Of a DNA stretch of 64,000 nucleotides, positions 14,882-29,075 are shown one piece after another. A program made the translations under genes and the position numbers. The notes beneath the pieces are model-generated. The model did not search any database. It had not been told where the DNA came from and saw only the letters and a list, made by a program, of their open reading frames with translations. This DNA comes from the human T2T-CHM13v2.0 reference genome, Homo sapiens: NCBI RefSeq assembly GCF_009914755.1, contig NC_060926.1. One strand, written 5' to 3'. Each line of letters opens with the position of its first letter. Position 1 is the stretch's first letter.

Positions 14882-15801
14882 CTAGGGGAAATGGGGAAAA
14901 GAATAAGGATATCGCTAAAATCAGGGAAGAGGAAATTAATTTTTATTTTCAGAAATGAAAAATAGCTTTAATGAAAAATGCAAAAAAAAAGCTTTTGGTA
15001 CATTTTCTAAATATGTCTTTATTTTTATTTGGCACTCCGCATTTGCTCTTGTGCTTAACATCTGCTCTTTAATAATTTCATGCAATACCTCTTGATGCTT
15101 TCAGGAGATATCACCCTGACTTCCGCTCTGATGTTCCTACCCCCACCATGGCCTCAGAGAACCAAGGCTGTACCAGGAGGTGCCCAGTAAATTCAAGCCA
15201 CTGACTGACAGGAGCCTCCTCATTGATTCTGGTATTAATCCTCTGAAAACATAATTGGAGCAGAGGGATGCAATCAGTAGTATCCATTGGGCACCACAAT
15301 ATGGGGACAGCTGATTCTGTGCATGCCATTAGCTCATTATTACACTAACTACTGCAGTTTTAGAAGATAAACCTCAGAGCCTTAAATGGCATCTGGAGGC
15401 TGAGTCAGTTCTCCTTGGCAATGCAATTATCTCAGCTTGTTTCAGTCTGCTGAGAGGTAGGAATAATATTTCACTCAGTGTTCCATTGCATTAAAATGTT
15501 TTGATACCTGTTTGAATAACATTGCCTTAATGTTAATAAATCCATAATGGTCACACAGGCAGGGGTGGTGTGTGAATCACCCTGGAAGGGATGTTCATTA
15601 ATCAGTTACTTGGGGCTTTTTTCTTTATTCATTCCCTCCTAGGGTTTGTACCTGTGAGGAAGCAGCCTACCTTCTTTGCAGCCATCTAGCATCTATATTC
15701 TAGAATCATTTTTCCCTATGATGGTCAAATCCAGATTATCTACACAGAAGAATAAAATAACCTGAGTAATCCAAAGTGAGTCATAAGTTTTTAAAAGTCT
15801 G

Positions 15802-16094
15802 GGCCAGGCACAGTGTCTCATGCCTGTAATCCCAGCATTTTAGGAGGCCCAGGAGGGAGGATCACTTGAGCTTAGGAGCTCAAGACCAGCCTGAGCAACA
15901 TAGTGAGACCCCATTTCTACCAAAAATAGTTTTAAAAATAGCCAGACATGGTGGTGCATCCCTGCGGTCCCAGGCAGTTGGTGGCTGAGGTGGGAGGATC
16001 CTTTGAACCCAGGAGGTTGAGGTTGGAGTGAGCTATGATGGATCACACCACTGCACTCCAGCCTGGGCAACCGAGTGAAACCCTTTCTCAAAAA
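15802..16094 (+). mobile_element. AluJ-class SINE
   Basis: GGCCAGGCACAGTG...GGATCACTTGAGCTTAGGAG...CACTGCACTCCAGCCTGGGC. Confidence 0.93.
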
Positions 16095-17565
16095 TATGCA
16101 TTGTCCTTTGGAATATGTTCTGTATTCGAACATGGATGTAGCTAATGTTTGATTTTAATTCAAAAAAAAGTGATACAACTATTGGGTGGAGACTCAATTT
16201 TTTCAAGAAGCTACCTATTTTTGCTTTATACTTCCCATGCCCAACCCTCTTGGAAACAATTCAAGATTTCTCTTTTGCAGGCTTATTCTGGATTGGACAT
16301 GAGTAGTAATTTTGGAAGTCCAAAAGACTCTGGGCCTTGAAGTTAAGTAGGAGGTGTTGAGATGTCAGTGAAACACCTAAGATGGTGGGTGATGCAACTG
16401 TGAATTACTGTTATCTCTTAATAAACCTTAAAATGTTATTTGACTAAGTCAGAAGCATATGCTATATTGCTAGTTTATTGATGTGTGAGTACCACATAAA
16501 ATCATTTTTGCAAATGTGTCCTTTAAACATAAGACAGAGCATGTTATTAGACACACGGCATAAACAGCATCCTAGTGAGTTTGTCCTCTATGCAAATTGC
16601 TGCTTGATATTTGGCCTCCTCTCTATAAAGAATTGCCTTCCGCACTGACTGAGTGAGAAAATTCAACATAATTCTGATTTGAGATCCATGAGAAGTTTAT
16701 TATACCTGCCTGGTGTTCTGATTATGAAGCAGAAAAAAGAAGATATGGGTTATCATTGACAGATCCTCAGCTGTCTTTTGAAATGTCAAATCAAATGGAC
16801 ATTTTTGTTTTCAAATTGCTTGACCTTTATCAGAAAGCAGCTCTGGACAGAAGATGATCCTTTTTTGAGTCACTGCAGAGCACTTGAGCACTTATACAAA
16901 GGAGAGATTTTATTCACTTAGCCAGAATTGAGCCCCTTTGGAAAAGCCTTGAGGAAAACTATTGTGATCAACTTTCACTATTCTTTTTACAAATACCTGT
17001 GTGGCACTACAATGCAGTGTGGATCAGGCCCTGGAACGTGGTGATTACAGACATGCTGCAGAGAACTTGTCACACTGGGGAGCGATAGGAAACCTGCTCA
17101 GAAACATCCAAGGCAGGCTAAGATGGCTGCCATGGGGAAGACACTGGCCATATAGGCTGCATGAACTCAGTTGGGGGAGAGTCGTGATCAGTTGGCTTGC
17201 TCAGAGATGACTAAGCAGAAAAGGTGGTGTGGAACTGTGCCCTAGCGGATGGGAAAGAAGGGCAGACATGGTAGGGGCCAGAGTAAGAACCAGGTCAAAA
17301 TCCGCCCAGCAAATTTTACCCCCTCTCTTCTTCACCTCTCCTTTATAACACTGTCCAATTGGTCAACAACTCTTCCTTTATAAGTCTCTTGAAAGGCACC
17401 AAAACCCCCTTTTGGGTGCATCTCTGCTAACACCCTGGTCTAAGACCACACTGCCTCCTAAACAGAAAGCTGAAAAATCAATCCTAGTTGTTTTTCTAGC
17501 TGCACTATTTAGTATGGTGCCTAATAATCTTCCTCAAAACACCTTTTCTACTATGTTTATTTCTA

Positions 17566-17715
17566 GAAGGAAGGAAGGAAGGAGAAAAAAAGAGAGGGAG
17601 GGAGGGAAGGAAGGAAAAGAAAAGGAAGGAAAAGAAAAAAGAAAAGAAGAAAAAGAAAAAGAAGGGAAAGGAAAGGAAAGAGGAAAGAGGAAAAAGGAGA
17701 AAAGAGAAAGAAAAG
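17566..17715. repeat. GA-rich pure polypurine tract
   Basis: About 150 bp of GAAG/GAAAA units. Confidence 0.95.
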
Positions 17716-19929
17716 TGAAGCCAGACCAAACCAAACAAACCCTGCAGGATTTTTCTGTTTCTGTGGGGTCTGGCATAAACTCTTGAAGCTGACATGCCCT
17801 CCAGTGCCCCAGCAGTGGTTCACTCCTCTTTAATTTCTTATGCTTTCTTGTCACAGATTTCTTTTCCCCCAACTTTGTGTGTTCTCAATTTCCCTCTCTG
17901 CATATACAACTCTTTCATCCTCACTAAAACACAGCAAAGACTTCCAGAAGAATCTACACAGAAGCCACTGCTTCTCAGAACTCTTCTCAAGTTTGCTGGA
18001 CTCTCCTCTTCTGTGCTTATAAATCGGCCACTGTTAGTGTGACTTCATTTTGTCTTCTAAACCGCGTTGCACCTCCTTGGCCATGGAGAATTAAGGCGAA
18101 CCTTAATCCAATGACTAATTCATGGCTAGAACTAAGTTAGCCACCTGCCTGGTAGATTATGGTGTCCAACATAGAGAACTGAGCCAAAGAGATAGTGCTT
18201 TCCTGCTTAGAAAGAGAAGGCTGCTTAGAATAGACAGCAGTGTGGGTGATAAATAGTTAACCGAGACTTTTGGTGAACACTAAAATCCTAATTAAATATG
18301 ATTTAATTCTGCTTATAGTGGCAGAAAAGGGATTCTTACAGGTCTTTTGTCTGATTACATCACTTGCTACATTAAGTTCATTAGGAATATTAGGCAATGA
18401 ATAAAGGCCAAAGGAAATGAACCATTTTTAATGGATGAAGAATAGTATGGAGGCCATTTACTAGCCAAGATGAATAGTAGCAATAAATTGTGGATTCATT
18501 TCGTTGAAACTATTTAAATACATGTCTGTTGCCTGTTCTATTCAGAAGCATGGATAGTAGGGAATGAGATTTACAGTGTTATTTGGGACTACTTGTTTTT
18601 TGAAATACTGTGGTTCATAATCAGATAATTCTTAAATGATAGACAATGAATAATGTTTTGAGAGCTCAGCCTTCTTATCTAGTTGGGATGAGAAGAATGT
18701 TTCATGCATCTTTCTGTTTCATTTAAATAATCAGGTGGTTTCACTCATAAATGGAAGGGTAGCTATTTCAAGCCGGCTACCTTTTAGAAACACACATAAA
18801 GCCTTCATTATATGGCAGACTTGGAGCCTGTGTTTCCTGTAGCCAAAGGCTTTTGCAAAGATTTGTGGCTATGAAAGATAAACCTTCCCAAACTTTAAAA
18901 TTATGCAGTGTTTTCAAAAAGATAGCCATTGCACTTTTGTGGGAATTTTAATTTAATAGAGAAATGAAAGGAAAGCAGTCATATCTTTTCATCATTGCCT
19001 AACCCCTTTAAAAGTATATATTAAAATTCATACTATTTCGATATTTATGCCTATGGCCTTCTAAACTTTTTATTTAATCCACTCCCCTCCCCAACCCCCA
19101 GGAGAAACCACAGTGCAGACAGCAATTACGAGCCTTCTGGTTTCTTTCACAAAATGGGCTTTTTAAAAACTGCCTTTAAAACACTCTCCATGTAAGGAGT
19201 CCTGGTCCACGTCATTTCTGCCTTCTCCATAGGGTACATACTCACTAGGACATTAGGGATTGAAGACAATAGAAGTCTACTGTTCCTGGATGTGTTGTTT
19301 CTAGCTTTCAGCTCTAAAAAGCCAAATTGTTTCTAATTCCATATTAAAAAAAAAAAAGACAAAAACATGAAGGACATCTGAGCCTTGGCCTTAGGCCTAG
19401 TTTTAGAGATTGAGATCTGGTGGTAGAGGCTGTCTCTATCCCAGCTCACCAGCTCCCCCATAAACCTCCCTTGGAAATCCCTTTCAACCTTATTTCTTCT
19501 CCATACCATCCTGGTGCAGCCCTAAGGTGTCTTTACCATTGTCCTGCTGCAAGCCATCTCACTGCCCATCTGACATCTGCAAGCCGCCTTCTTCATTCCA
19601 TCTAGCCACCATAGTTGTTTCCTTACAAAGCAACTGGTTATCTCTCCTATACTAAAGCCTCAAAGTTGAGTATCCCCCACTGCCCACAGTGGCAGGTGCA
19701 AATTCAACATCTTGGAAACATGTTCCTTCCACAGTTGGGCCCTGACCTTCTGTGGCTGAGAGATAGGCATGGAATGGTACAAGGAGTATAACAGAGAAAA
19801 TAAAGAAGGAGCCCCACATTTCACAAGCCTAGATTCTGTGCTTGACGCTCTTCTATACATTATTTTATTTATTTAATTCTGTAAACAAACCTGTGCAGGG
19901 GGCATTGTTCATCTACTCAGCCTTCCTCT

Positions 19930-20460
19930 GTCCATTCATCCATCCAACCATTCATCCATTTTTACTCATTTAGTCATTCAACAAATATTTATTGCATCTC
20001 CTATGAGCCCAGTACAGCTCAAAATCAAAGCCCGTGCTCTGTTATAGCTTATGTTCTAGTAAGAGAGATGGGCATTAAGCAGTATTAGCATCTGCAATTT
20101 CTCATTTAAGTCTTCTATAAGCAGAGAAGAGCCACAGGACACTTTTAGTCACTTACTGACGTGTTCATGGTTGTTTTCAGGAAATTTTAACTCAGCAGAA
20201 TGTATAGACGAGAAAGAGATGGGAAGAGTTAAGGAAAGAAGACCTGTGGGGAGGAACTGCAGTAATTCAGAGAAGAACTAGTGTGGGTCTGGAGAAGGCC
20301 AGGGCAGTGGGAATTATGAGAAAGGGTGAATATTAGTTATTTACAGATGAAGAATCCTTGTTTTTTGGCCACTGATGGGATGTGGAGAGCAAAGTTAAAA
20401 GAAACTCAAAAACAACTCCCTGGTTTTAAGTTTAAAGAATTGGGTGTCCGGAGTTCCCTT
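19930..20460 (-). mobile_element. L2 fragments
   Basis: CATTCATCCATCC...CATTCAACAAATATTTATTG (antisense L2 3' end) followed by purine-rich L2 body. Confidence 0.7.
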
Positions 20461-23325
20461 TAACAGCATGTTTTGCCGAGTGGTAGAAATGGAAAAAGAT
20501 GATTTCTGTGCTATCATATTGACTTAAAACATCACATAATTAGAGAGACACGACTATAACATTGCACACTGGTCTATAGCATTGTTTGAGGCATGAAATG
20601 AGTATTTGCAGTTTCTGACAATACAAAGAGAACCTTTGACGCAAAGGTGAATTAATTTCTGCTGGGGGAGTGGGAGATGATGAAAAACAAATAAACAAAC
20701 AAAACAGCCATCACTGCAGAAATCTACAGTTAGTAGAGCTCACCCTTTTAATATTTAGGGACAGCATTTTAAAAAACTCTTTCTCTGCAATTTCTGATAG
20801 CTTTTGCCTTGTTTTCATATTGGCCTTCACTGCCAGCCACTTCCCTCAATTAACATCCTCTCCAAATCAATCATTGATATTATACTTCCTGCAAGGGGGT
20901 AAAGAGATACAACTTTGCATGTTTCCCAAACCCCCGAGGTCACATGTCCATGGAGAAGTAGTGTACAGTGATGATCTTGAATTCTCCAAGCAAGGAAGAA
21001 GTTCTCTCTCTCTGTGCATGTCCTGAGTCAAGAGGGCTTTTGCTGTGCTGTGCTGCATTCCTGCCTAGGGATTTAGGGCAAATTGTTGAAAGAGAACTTA
21101 GGCTGAGGTTGAAGAGAAAAGGCCAACAAGGGGGGAAGGGTGAGTGAGCAACTGATTTGGATATCTGCCCATTGAGATTTCAGTATTTGCCCCAAATGGC
21201 CTCATTGGGATGTGAGCAGGCTGACCTCCTAGGCTCAGGGTAGATGCTTCCAGCCAGTATGGGTACACCCATTTTTGGAAGAGACCTAAATGAGGATGCT
21301 CTAGAAGGCTGTAAGCAAACCACTGCCTTTACTTGTGGCTTGTTCCTTGTTTTGATTTGACTGCTTGATTTCCATTTACACACAACTTTTTTTTGTATAT
21401 TTGTTTATGTGTGTAAAATATTTAAACTATCAGTAATTAATTGGTGGTTCCTTCTTCCCTGGAGTCTGTGTCACCAGTGGAACTCTGCATTAGTTTTTCG
21501 TGCCCATACAATCAGTTAAATGTTCAGTGAAGGTGTCCAAAGTGAAATATTTCTCTAGGGTTATGGCCAAACTCAGAATTGTTTTTCTGTCTTCTCTTCC
21601 CCTTATATCATGATATCCAGGCTTATCATTCTATTATTTTCTTTTGAAGTTAGCTATGAATTAACTGTGTGGCCAATGATTTTGTACATTTATCTAAGTG
21701 TTAGAGTTTTAAAAAGCATTTTAAAATCTAACTTGATCTCAAAACAAACCTTTGAAGTATAATATGTGTGCATATATGTACCTTCACAATTTATAGGAGA
21801 AATGGAGGCTGAACATTTAAGAAATTTTTCTCCTGGGGATTAGTCTAATAATTGGCAGAGATAAGAATAAAGGCCAGGAATGTGTACGTTTAACCAAGGA
21901 GTGTTTGCAATCTATTGCAAAGGGAGAGAGAAGAACTAGCTGAGCAATTTGCAGACTGAATTCTTTGGGATCCTGATGTTGAGGAAGGATGCCTTGGAGA
22001 AAGAGGAGGTGGCCGGACACAGCCTCCTGTGCCTCACCCCCACTGCTACCAGGACAGTGCTGTCGTCATCTGTCCTACATAAGGTGACTCCCTGTATGAT
22101 TTCATTTGGAAAACATAAAGTGTGCTATTCTAGCTTTTTGAAAAGTTTAAAAACCATAGCACTGCGTTTTAGAATACTGTTCATTTTTTGCATACCAGAG
22201 TTCTGAGTATCAGATTCTGCTATATTAAATAACTCAGAATTTACTCATTTGTGAACATACCTCTCTGTACTTCCAAGTTATCTCTTTACCACACACAGAA
22301 ATGTAAAAGCTTTAAACAATGTGTTTTTTAAGTGCTTAGTGACAACCCTAAAATATTTCCAAAAGGTTCTATGGCTCAGACAGACTTTGTGATGTTATTC
22401 TTTAAGAAATGCAATGGTTGATAATTTGCATTTATGATATTTCCTCATAGGTTCACTTTCTTAGTTAAGGACACACTATCTCACAAGAGTGCTCTTTAAA
22501 GAGCAACTTTTTAATGCCTAAGCATTGATTTAGAGTTGGAACTGGGCTGGTACCACGTGGACCGCTCTTACTCTAAAAGGAAAATTGAGACCACCATGAA
22601 AGTGTTTTGATTTTACTAAAGCCATGTCCTCAGGCAAGAGGGACTTGGCTCAGTCAGGTCTGAGAGAAGTACATCAAAATGAGTTTGACCAAGTGGAAAA
22701 TGGATGCTCTAAATCGTTGTCTACAGTATTTCCCTGACATCTAGATCAAATATGTACATTATTACACTTTGTGAAATCCTGGGAGGTAATTTAACAGAGG
22801 TACTTAATTCTGAACCTGAGGTTGTGCAATAAAAAGGAGAGGGAGGGGGCAGGGAAAGGAAGGATGAAAGAATTCTGTAGACTCGGTGGGCTGTAGTGGA
22901 GAGAATCCTACACTAGGAACAGGGAAACCTAAGTTCTTGCCCAGTGCTGACACCAACAAGCTCTACTAAATTCACTTAATAGCAGCTGTGCTCCTCCACC
23001 CCCTGATCAATCAAGTATATATTCCTGACCATCAGACTCTGCAGAGCTGTGCCTTCCACGCTCATCACTGATATACTTCTGCCTACAGGATAATGTCAGG
23101 CCCTGTCAAACCAACATCTAAATCACCTGTTTAGCTTCCTTTCCCTCCCTCCCTTTATTTCCAGCCACACACGAACTAAATGCTTCTCCTGCCTGTGTCA
23201 TTTTATACACGCTGGGATGCTTATCCCCATGTGGCATGATTTCTCTGGGCTCAGATATTTTCACATCTGTAAGGCATTCCCTACCCACTTAGGTTAAGTG
23301 GTAAAACGTGTTTTAAAAGCCTTAC

Positions 23326-23385
23326 CTGGTGATTAGTGATGATAGGAGTGGTGGTGCTTCTAGCAGCAGCAGCAGCAGCAGCAGC
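23326..23385 (-). other. Candidate internal exon, 60 nt, starting with (GCT)8
   Basis: ggttctcccatctcacag|GCTGCT...CACCAG|gtaagg; motif evidence only. Confidence 0.25.
23362..23385. repeat. (AGC)8 trinucleotide repeat (CAG/CTG class)
   Basis: Eight uninterrupted units. Confidence 0.97.
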
Positions 23386-24884
23386 CTGTGAGATGGGAGA
23401 ACCATCGTCACCACTGCTGTTGGACACTGTGCCACCAGGACAGGTTTATATTGAAAATTCTGTTATTGAGGTTTCCTCTAACCTCTCACTGATTGGGTTT
23501 TTAGGAGGATTCATCTTTACCATTGTATGCATTTCATTTTGCCCCACCTTCTCTTAATTGAGTTATTACTTCTACCTTTCATTGATTCTGTTTTTTATAT
23601 TAATGCTGAGACTAAACTCTGTCAGGTGTCAAGGCCAAATAGACTTAACTGCCAACAGTATCCCTGGAAGGTAGAACTGATGCCACTCTTGCATACCTCA
23701 ATGCAAAGCCATAGCAATAATGCAGCTTCCCCTGGCCCATAGGTACCACTGGGCCTACACAATGGGCACTGTGCCTCAGAAATCCAGGACCATATTCGGG
23801 ACACCATTTTTACTAGCAGAGGGAAAAATGAAGCCATGAGTTTTTTTTCATCTGTCCTCACCTCTTAGTTGTCCACAAGTACGTGGAAGTGGTTAGAATT
23901 CCATATGTTAATTGCACATTTAATGAACTCTGCAAGGCCCAGTAAAAGGAGCACTGAATTTGGAATGGGAAGATTTGCAGCTCTGCCCACGCTGGTTGGT
24001 CAAGATGTGGTCATCAAATCCTGGTCACTCTAAATCACAGATTTCTTATGAGTAAAACAGAGATAATAATATTGATCCTGGCTTCTGGGGATCACATGAG
24101 GGAATCTATATTGATTATTTTTTAACTCCATTCAATAGATCCCTAGGATGCCAGGAAAGTCCCAGGAGGGCAGCTTTAGGAGAACAAGGGAAGGATGAGG
24201 ATGTAAGGCTTGGGCATCACCCTGTCATCTCCCAGAATCCAACAGCTCCACTGGATTCAGCAATAGGGTAGAAATTTCTATAGTGTAAACTGAGGCACGT
24301 TTGCTCTGTGGACTCTTCATAGGTAAGCCAGGCTTCTTTACTAAAACTGGTGAGAAAATAGAGGCTAAAATTTTTTTTTAATCTCTTTGCTGCAAGACTT
24401 TTCAGAACCTTTACTATGCTGGAATGCTTGTAGATTTCCAAGAGAAACAATGTACAGTCTCCTTTATATTTATTTGGGCGCAATAACTATTTCTGAGGAG
24501 CATTTCATAGGAGTAATATTCCTTGCAGACTTTGTTGCTAGGAAATAAGAGAGCATAATTCAATGCTTAATGTGTGGTATGCATGCTGTAAGTGATAAGA
24601 GTATGGCCTAGAGTAGGGTTAGTGGAGAAAGGGACTAGTCCTCAAAGGACCCAGGGAATTTAGAAAGGTGGAGAGCAGAAGAGAAGCCATGAACAAGTCA
24701 GAGATGGTTGTTACAAATGTAAATAAGTAAATAATGACATCAGGAGCAACAAATACCTGCTGAACACTCACTATGGGCCAGGCAGATGGGTCAATGCTTT
24801 ACCTGCATTTTCTAATTTTATCTTCTTGACATAGGGGCTATCATCATCTTTATGTTAGAGAGGAAGAGAAAAGAGGTTGGATAA

Positions 24885-25286
<402 letters not shown>

Positions 25287-25456
25287 TAACACAGGAAACT
25301 CTGCTCTTTATTAAAAGGTCTTGCCCAGGGAGATAGCCAGGTACCCTAATTGGGAGGCTGGAATGGTACTGGTTGGAAGTAACACAGGAAAGACTGAGAA
25401 GTGCTGGATTGCAGGAAATCTTGAGAATCTGGCATAGAGCACAGACTCATCATGTT

Positions 25457-25611
25457 TAGGGCCCTGCATGCAGTTGTGTGCATATAGCTGTGTACTTTTA
25501 CAACGTAGAAGACATTCTGTGGAGGGGCAGATAGGGGCTACGTTGATCTAGAAGGGGATTCACATATTTAAAATTCACATAAAAATGTCCTAAGGGTTAG
25601 GAGTGGCCCTG
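25457..25611. mobile_element. MER91-like hAT MITE
   Basis: Termini AGGGCC / GGCCCTG; internal CAGTTGTGTGCA...GCTGTGTAC...ACAAC. Confidence 0.6.
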
Positions 25612-25784
25612 CTCATGTTGAGCAAGAATGAGGCTTTCAAATCTCTTGTTTACCATCTCCTACCATGAGTTCCTATCACAGAAGTTTATCATGGTGAGCT
25701 TAACAGAGACAACTTAAGGGGAAAAAAACTTTTAGAGCACTTACTGGCAACTAACATTCGCTGTTCTTCATTTGTTTCACTCAC

Positions 25785-25900
25785 CTGCTATGGTAGAAAT
25801 CTTGGTTTTGGCACTTAATGGTATAGTAACCACCAGCCTGGGTCGGCCAAGGAGTGGCATTTGGAAAGAAAATCCTAGAAAGCCTATCACCATAGATCAG
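25785..25900 (-). other. Candidate internal exon, 116 nt
   Basis: ctctgcccttccctacag|CTGATC...TAGCAG|gtgagt; motif evidence only. Confidence 0.3.
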
Positions 25901-26768
25901 CTGTAGGGAAGGGCAGAGTTGTTCTACTTATAGATTTTTTTAATTATATTAATAGGTCAGCTGCATGCTCAATTTATTTGATCATACTATGCATTTAGAA
26001 ATAACTCAAACAACTCAAGTTTATCACTATGTTTATTTGTTTTTTTTTTTTTTAAACAAGCACAGCTAAAGAATGAGGACATTTTCATATCAGTGGTTTT
26101 CAAGCTAATTCAGGTGGTGGAACATCTGGAGTGTAATATAATATTGAGATATTTAATTACTTTTTGTATTTAACGCCATAAACTAGAGCTACACATAATA
26201 GCAAAGCTATGTTTGCTTTGTATGGAGCAATATAAAATTATACTCATGAACATTTATATCCACTAAAGAACAAGTTTCCATAATCCATTGCTATTTAGAA
26301 GTTGCTCTGTTGTGTTTCTGTGACTTAACAGAAACCTATTTTGTGAATAAAGTAGGTTTAGACTTGATATAGTAGCTTCCTAATATTTAAGGAAAAACTT
26401 ATGGACTAAATTATTTTAACAGTATTTAATTGTTTGATTTTGAAGAGACAAATATGTTTTAGCATGGAACTTGGGTGTTTCACCTGTACACACTTTTAGA
26501 ATCATGATTCTAGATATGCATATTTGCAGAAAGTGTATTAAGTCTATCAGTCATAATAATATTTAAAGTGCTACATTTTGCATATGTCATTTCAGAATCA
26601 TCATAACATCCCTATGAGAAGTGCAGTAAAAAAAAAAAAAAAAGAAAAAACAAAAACTGAAGCACAGAGAGGTCAAATAACTTGTCTAGAACCCTACAGC
26701 TCATTTGTAAGAGAGTTGTGCTTCAAGTCACAACCTCGGAGACCACACTCATACAAAACCATGGCACT

Positions 26769-26827
26769 TATGGAGACCAGGTTTCTCCATGTTGGTCAGG
26801 CTGGTCTCGAACTCCTGACCTCAGGGA
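26769..26827 (-). mobile_element. Isolated internal Alu left-arm fragment (AluSp-like)
   Basis: GGTTTCTCCATGTTGGTCAGGCTGGTCTCGAACTCCTGACCTCAGG; no tail or 5' end; 29-bp flanking duplication. Confidence 0.9.
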
Positions 26828-28849
26828 AGACCACACTCATACAAAAACATGGCACTATTGGATTCAACTCCTTCTGCTTCAGCCCGTGCAAATTTCCACT
26901 GCGCTAGGTATCTGATCCCAGAAATGAAACATCTAACAGGAGAGTTTCCAGGATGGGTGTGGATGCTGAGGCTGGGTTAGTGTTCTTCTTGTGGGCACTA
27001 CCCTATTTACTGGAATGACTAAAAGTCCAGGGCACTTTGGTAAGTTGCTTTGAAATGTCTGTTTCCCATTAATTGCGCTACCTCCTTGCCTTCCTTATAT
27101 TTTCACTCTGTTCTTATTGGAATCCCCATGCCAACCTGCCTCTTAGCATCACCCAAGAGTTGAGAACTTACCCTCCCCTTCACTTGCCTATGAAATCTTA
27201 CCGTTCTTGAGTCCTATTTCATCAGCATCATACTGAATTTTTGACAATGCATTTGTGGCTAGTAATGTTTCAATGTTACCCTTTATAAATCTGGTACTTT
27301 GTAATTCTCTAAATGTGGATTTTCACATCTATTACCATTTGAAATAGTGGAGCTAGAGCTATTTGGAAGCCTGAATTCATATGTCAGTTCCACATCTCAA
27401 TTGAGCTTGTTATTTAGCTCTCTAAGCCTCAGTTTGCTTCTCTGTGCAGTGGGGATGGTTACATCTAGCTTACAGGATTACCGAGAAGATTGAAGGATAT
27501 GATATACATATAGTCTAACATAATCAGTTTTCAAAACCGAGAGACTGTGTTAATTGTAAATGAACTCAAGTGTATCCAAGTTTTTCCTTTTCCAATTCCA
27601 TCAAAACTTTATTACTACTCTAACTTGAAGATATTATAAATATCCACATATTTATCCATGAGAAGAAACAGGATATGAGTTTACATGCTTTACTTTAAAT
27701 CTGATTAGTAGCAACTACTACTAATTTGGTGTTTTTGGAGAGACTGACTTTCCTGTACTCTCAAAAACATGCCATGTAGACATGTGTTCAGTCTTGCCTC
27801 CTCTGCCTGTTTGGTGGGTGGTGCTGAGGGAGAGGAAACAAGACCCCTTTCCCTGCCCAAGCCATTAGGAAGATGCCTTTGAAAATTTTCTGAGCTAAAG
27901 CAACCTTCTCTTTCTATTAAAGTCCTTATATCTGTATCAGCTTTCTTTAACAGTTCTCATTAGAGATCAGATTTAGGAGGCTTGGGGAATCCTTTTATTC
28001 TATAGCCAGAAGTGAGAGAAGGGGTAAGGGGAGGTGTATTCACTAATGGAGTCCTAGAAGGTCCAGTGCAACAACCCTTTCCCCCAACATTGGAGGAGGT
28101 GAGGACAGTGAGAGGACCACTACTCTGCAGGTCAGGCCATGGGTTCAAGTTACACACGTGCTGGGAGATTCTTGCACAATTCCTCAACCTCTCCTCAGTT
28201 TCGTACTCTATGAGAGCCTCAGACCCACTTCATTAACTTGTAATGTTCAAAAGAGGGCTGAGAGCAGCCACTTGAAAATGCTTTATGAACTGTAAAATTC
28301 TCTAGAACTCTAAGGAATGGTTATGATCATGGGGCTCTATGACCCAGATCTACAGCCTTATGTAAAGTCCCTGCTCCTCTTCTTGCTGTCCCAGGAACAG
28401 ATGGAAAATCTGAGTCCTTCTGACTTCTTATTTTGACATACTGTGTGGTCTGGAAACAAAGCTTATGTACTTTTGCAGTTACCTCTTTGGAAGAAGTGTG
28501 AAGCAGACTAGGCAGTTTAGAAAGCACAGTTGTTATTTATGTTTCCTTATCGCTCCCGCAGTCACCCCACTGTGCTCTTAAGGAGGATTTGGGAGGGAGA
28601 ACTGAACCCCTGTGGTGAGGAGTAATGAGTTTCCCTAGCTTTTGCATGAACCAGCTCTTTGGAAAGCTAACCTTCTCCCCAGGCACTCACTACTAATTAA
28701 GAGGAGGGGTGGCTGCATTGGTAGATATCTACTGAAGCAGTTCTGCGATTCTTTTCATCACTTGCACATCAACTTCTCTTCTTCTTCTTAACTCTCCGTG
28801 AGTATTCATGCATGGGAGGAACCGAGGAAACAGTGGACCCAGATTCAAG

Positions 28850-29075
28850 GAAAGGACAGTGTAGCTGTAGGACTCAGTTTCCCTCCATGTTTAGGTAGAG
28901 GGTCTACAGTCAGACTGCCTGGGTTTGTATCCTAGCCCTGCCGCTGTCTGTGTGTTTTTGAGCACGTCACTTATGTTCTTTAATACTCAGCTTTGCCACC
29001 TGTAGAATGGAAATGGCACTACCACCCTCAGTGGGGCTGTTTTGGGTACCAGATGAGATAACTTATGTAAACAAC
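28850..29075 (+). mobile_element. MIR SINE
   Basis: CAGACTGCCTGGGTTTGTATCCTAGC...TCACTT...CTCAGCTTTGCCACCTGTAGAATGG. Confidence 0.7.

Noticed and set aside
22490-22505. 16-bp palindrome TGCTCTTTAAAGAGCA
   Set aside because: About one is expected by chance in 64 kb
26740-26856. CRISPR-like repeat-spacer-repeat
   Set aside because: Only two repeats, the spacer is Alu, primate DNA with no cas genes; better explained as a duplication scar
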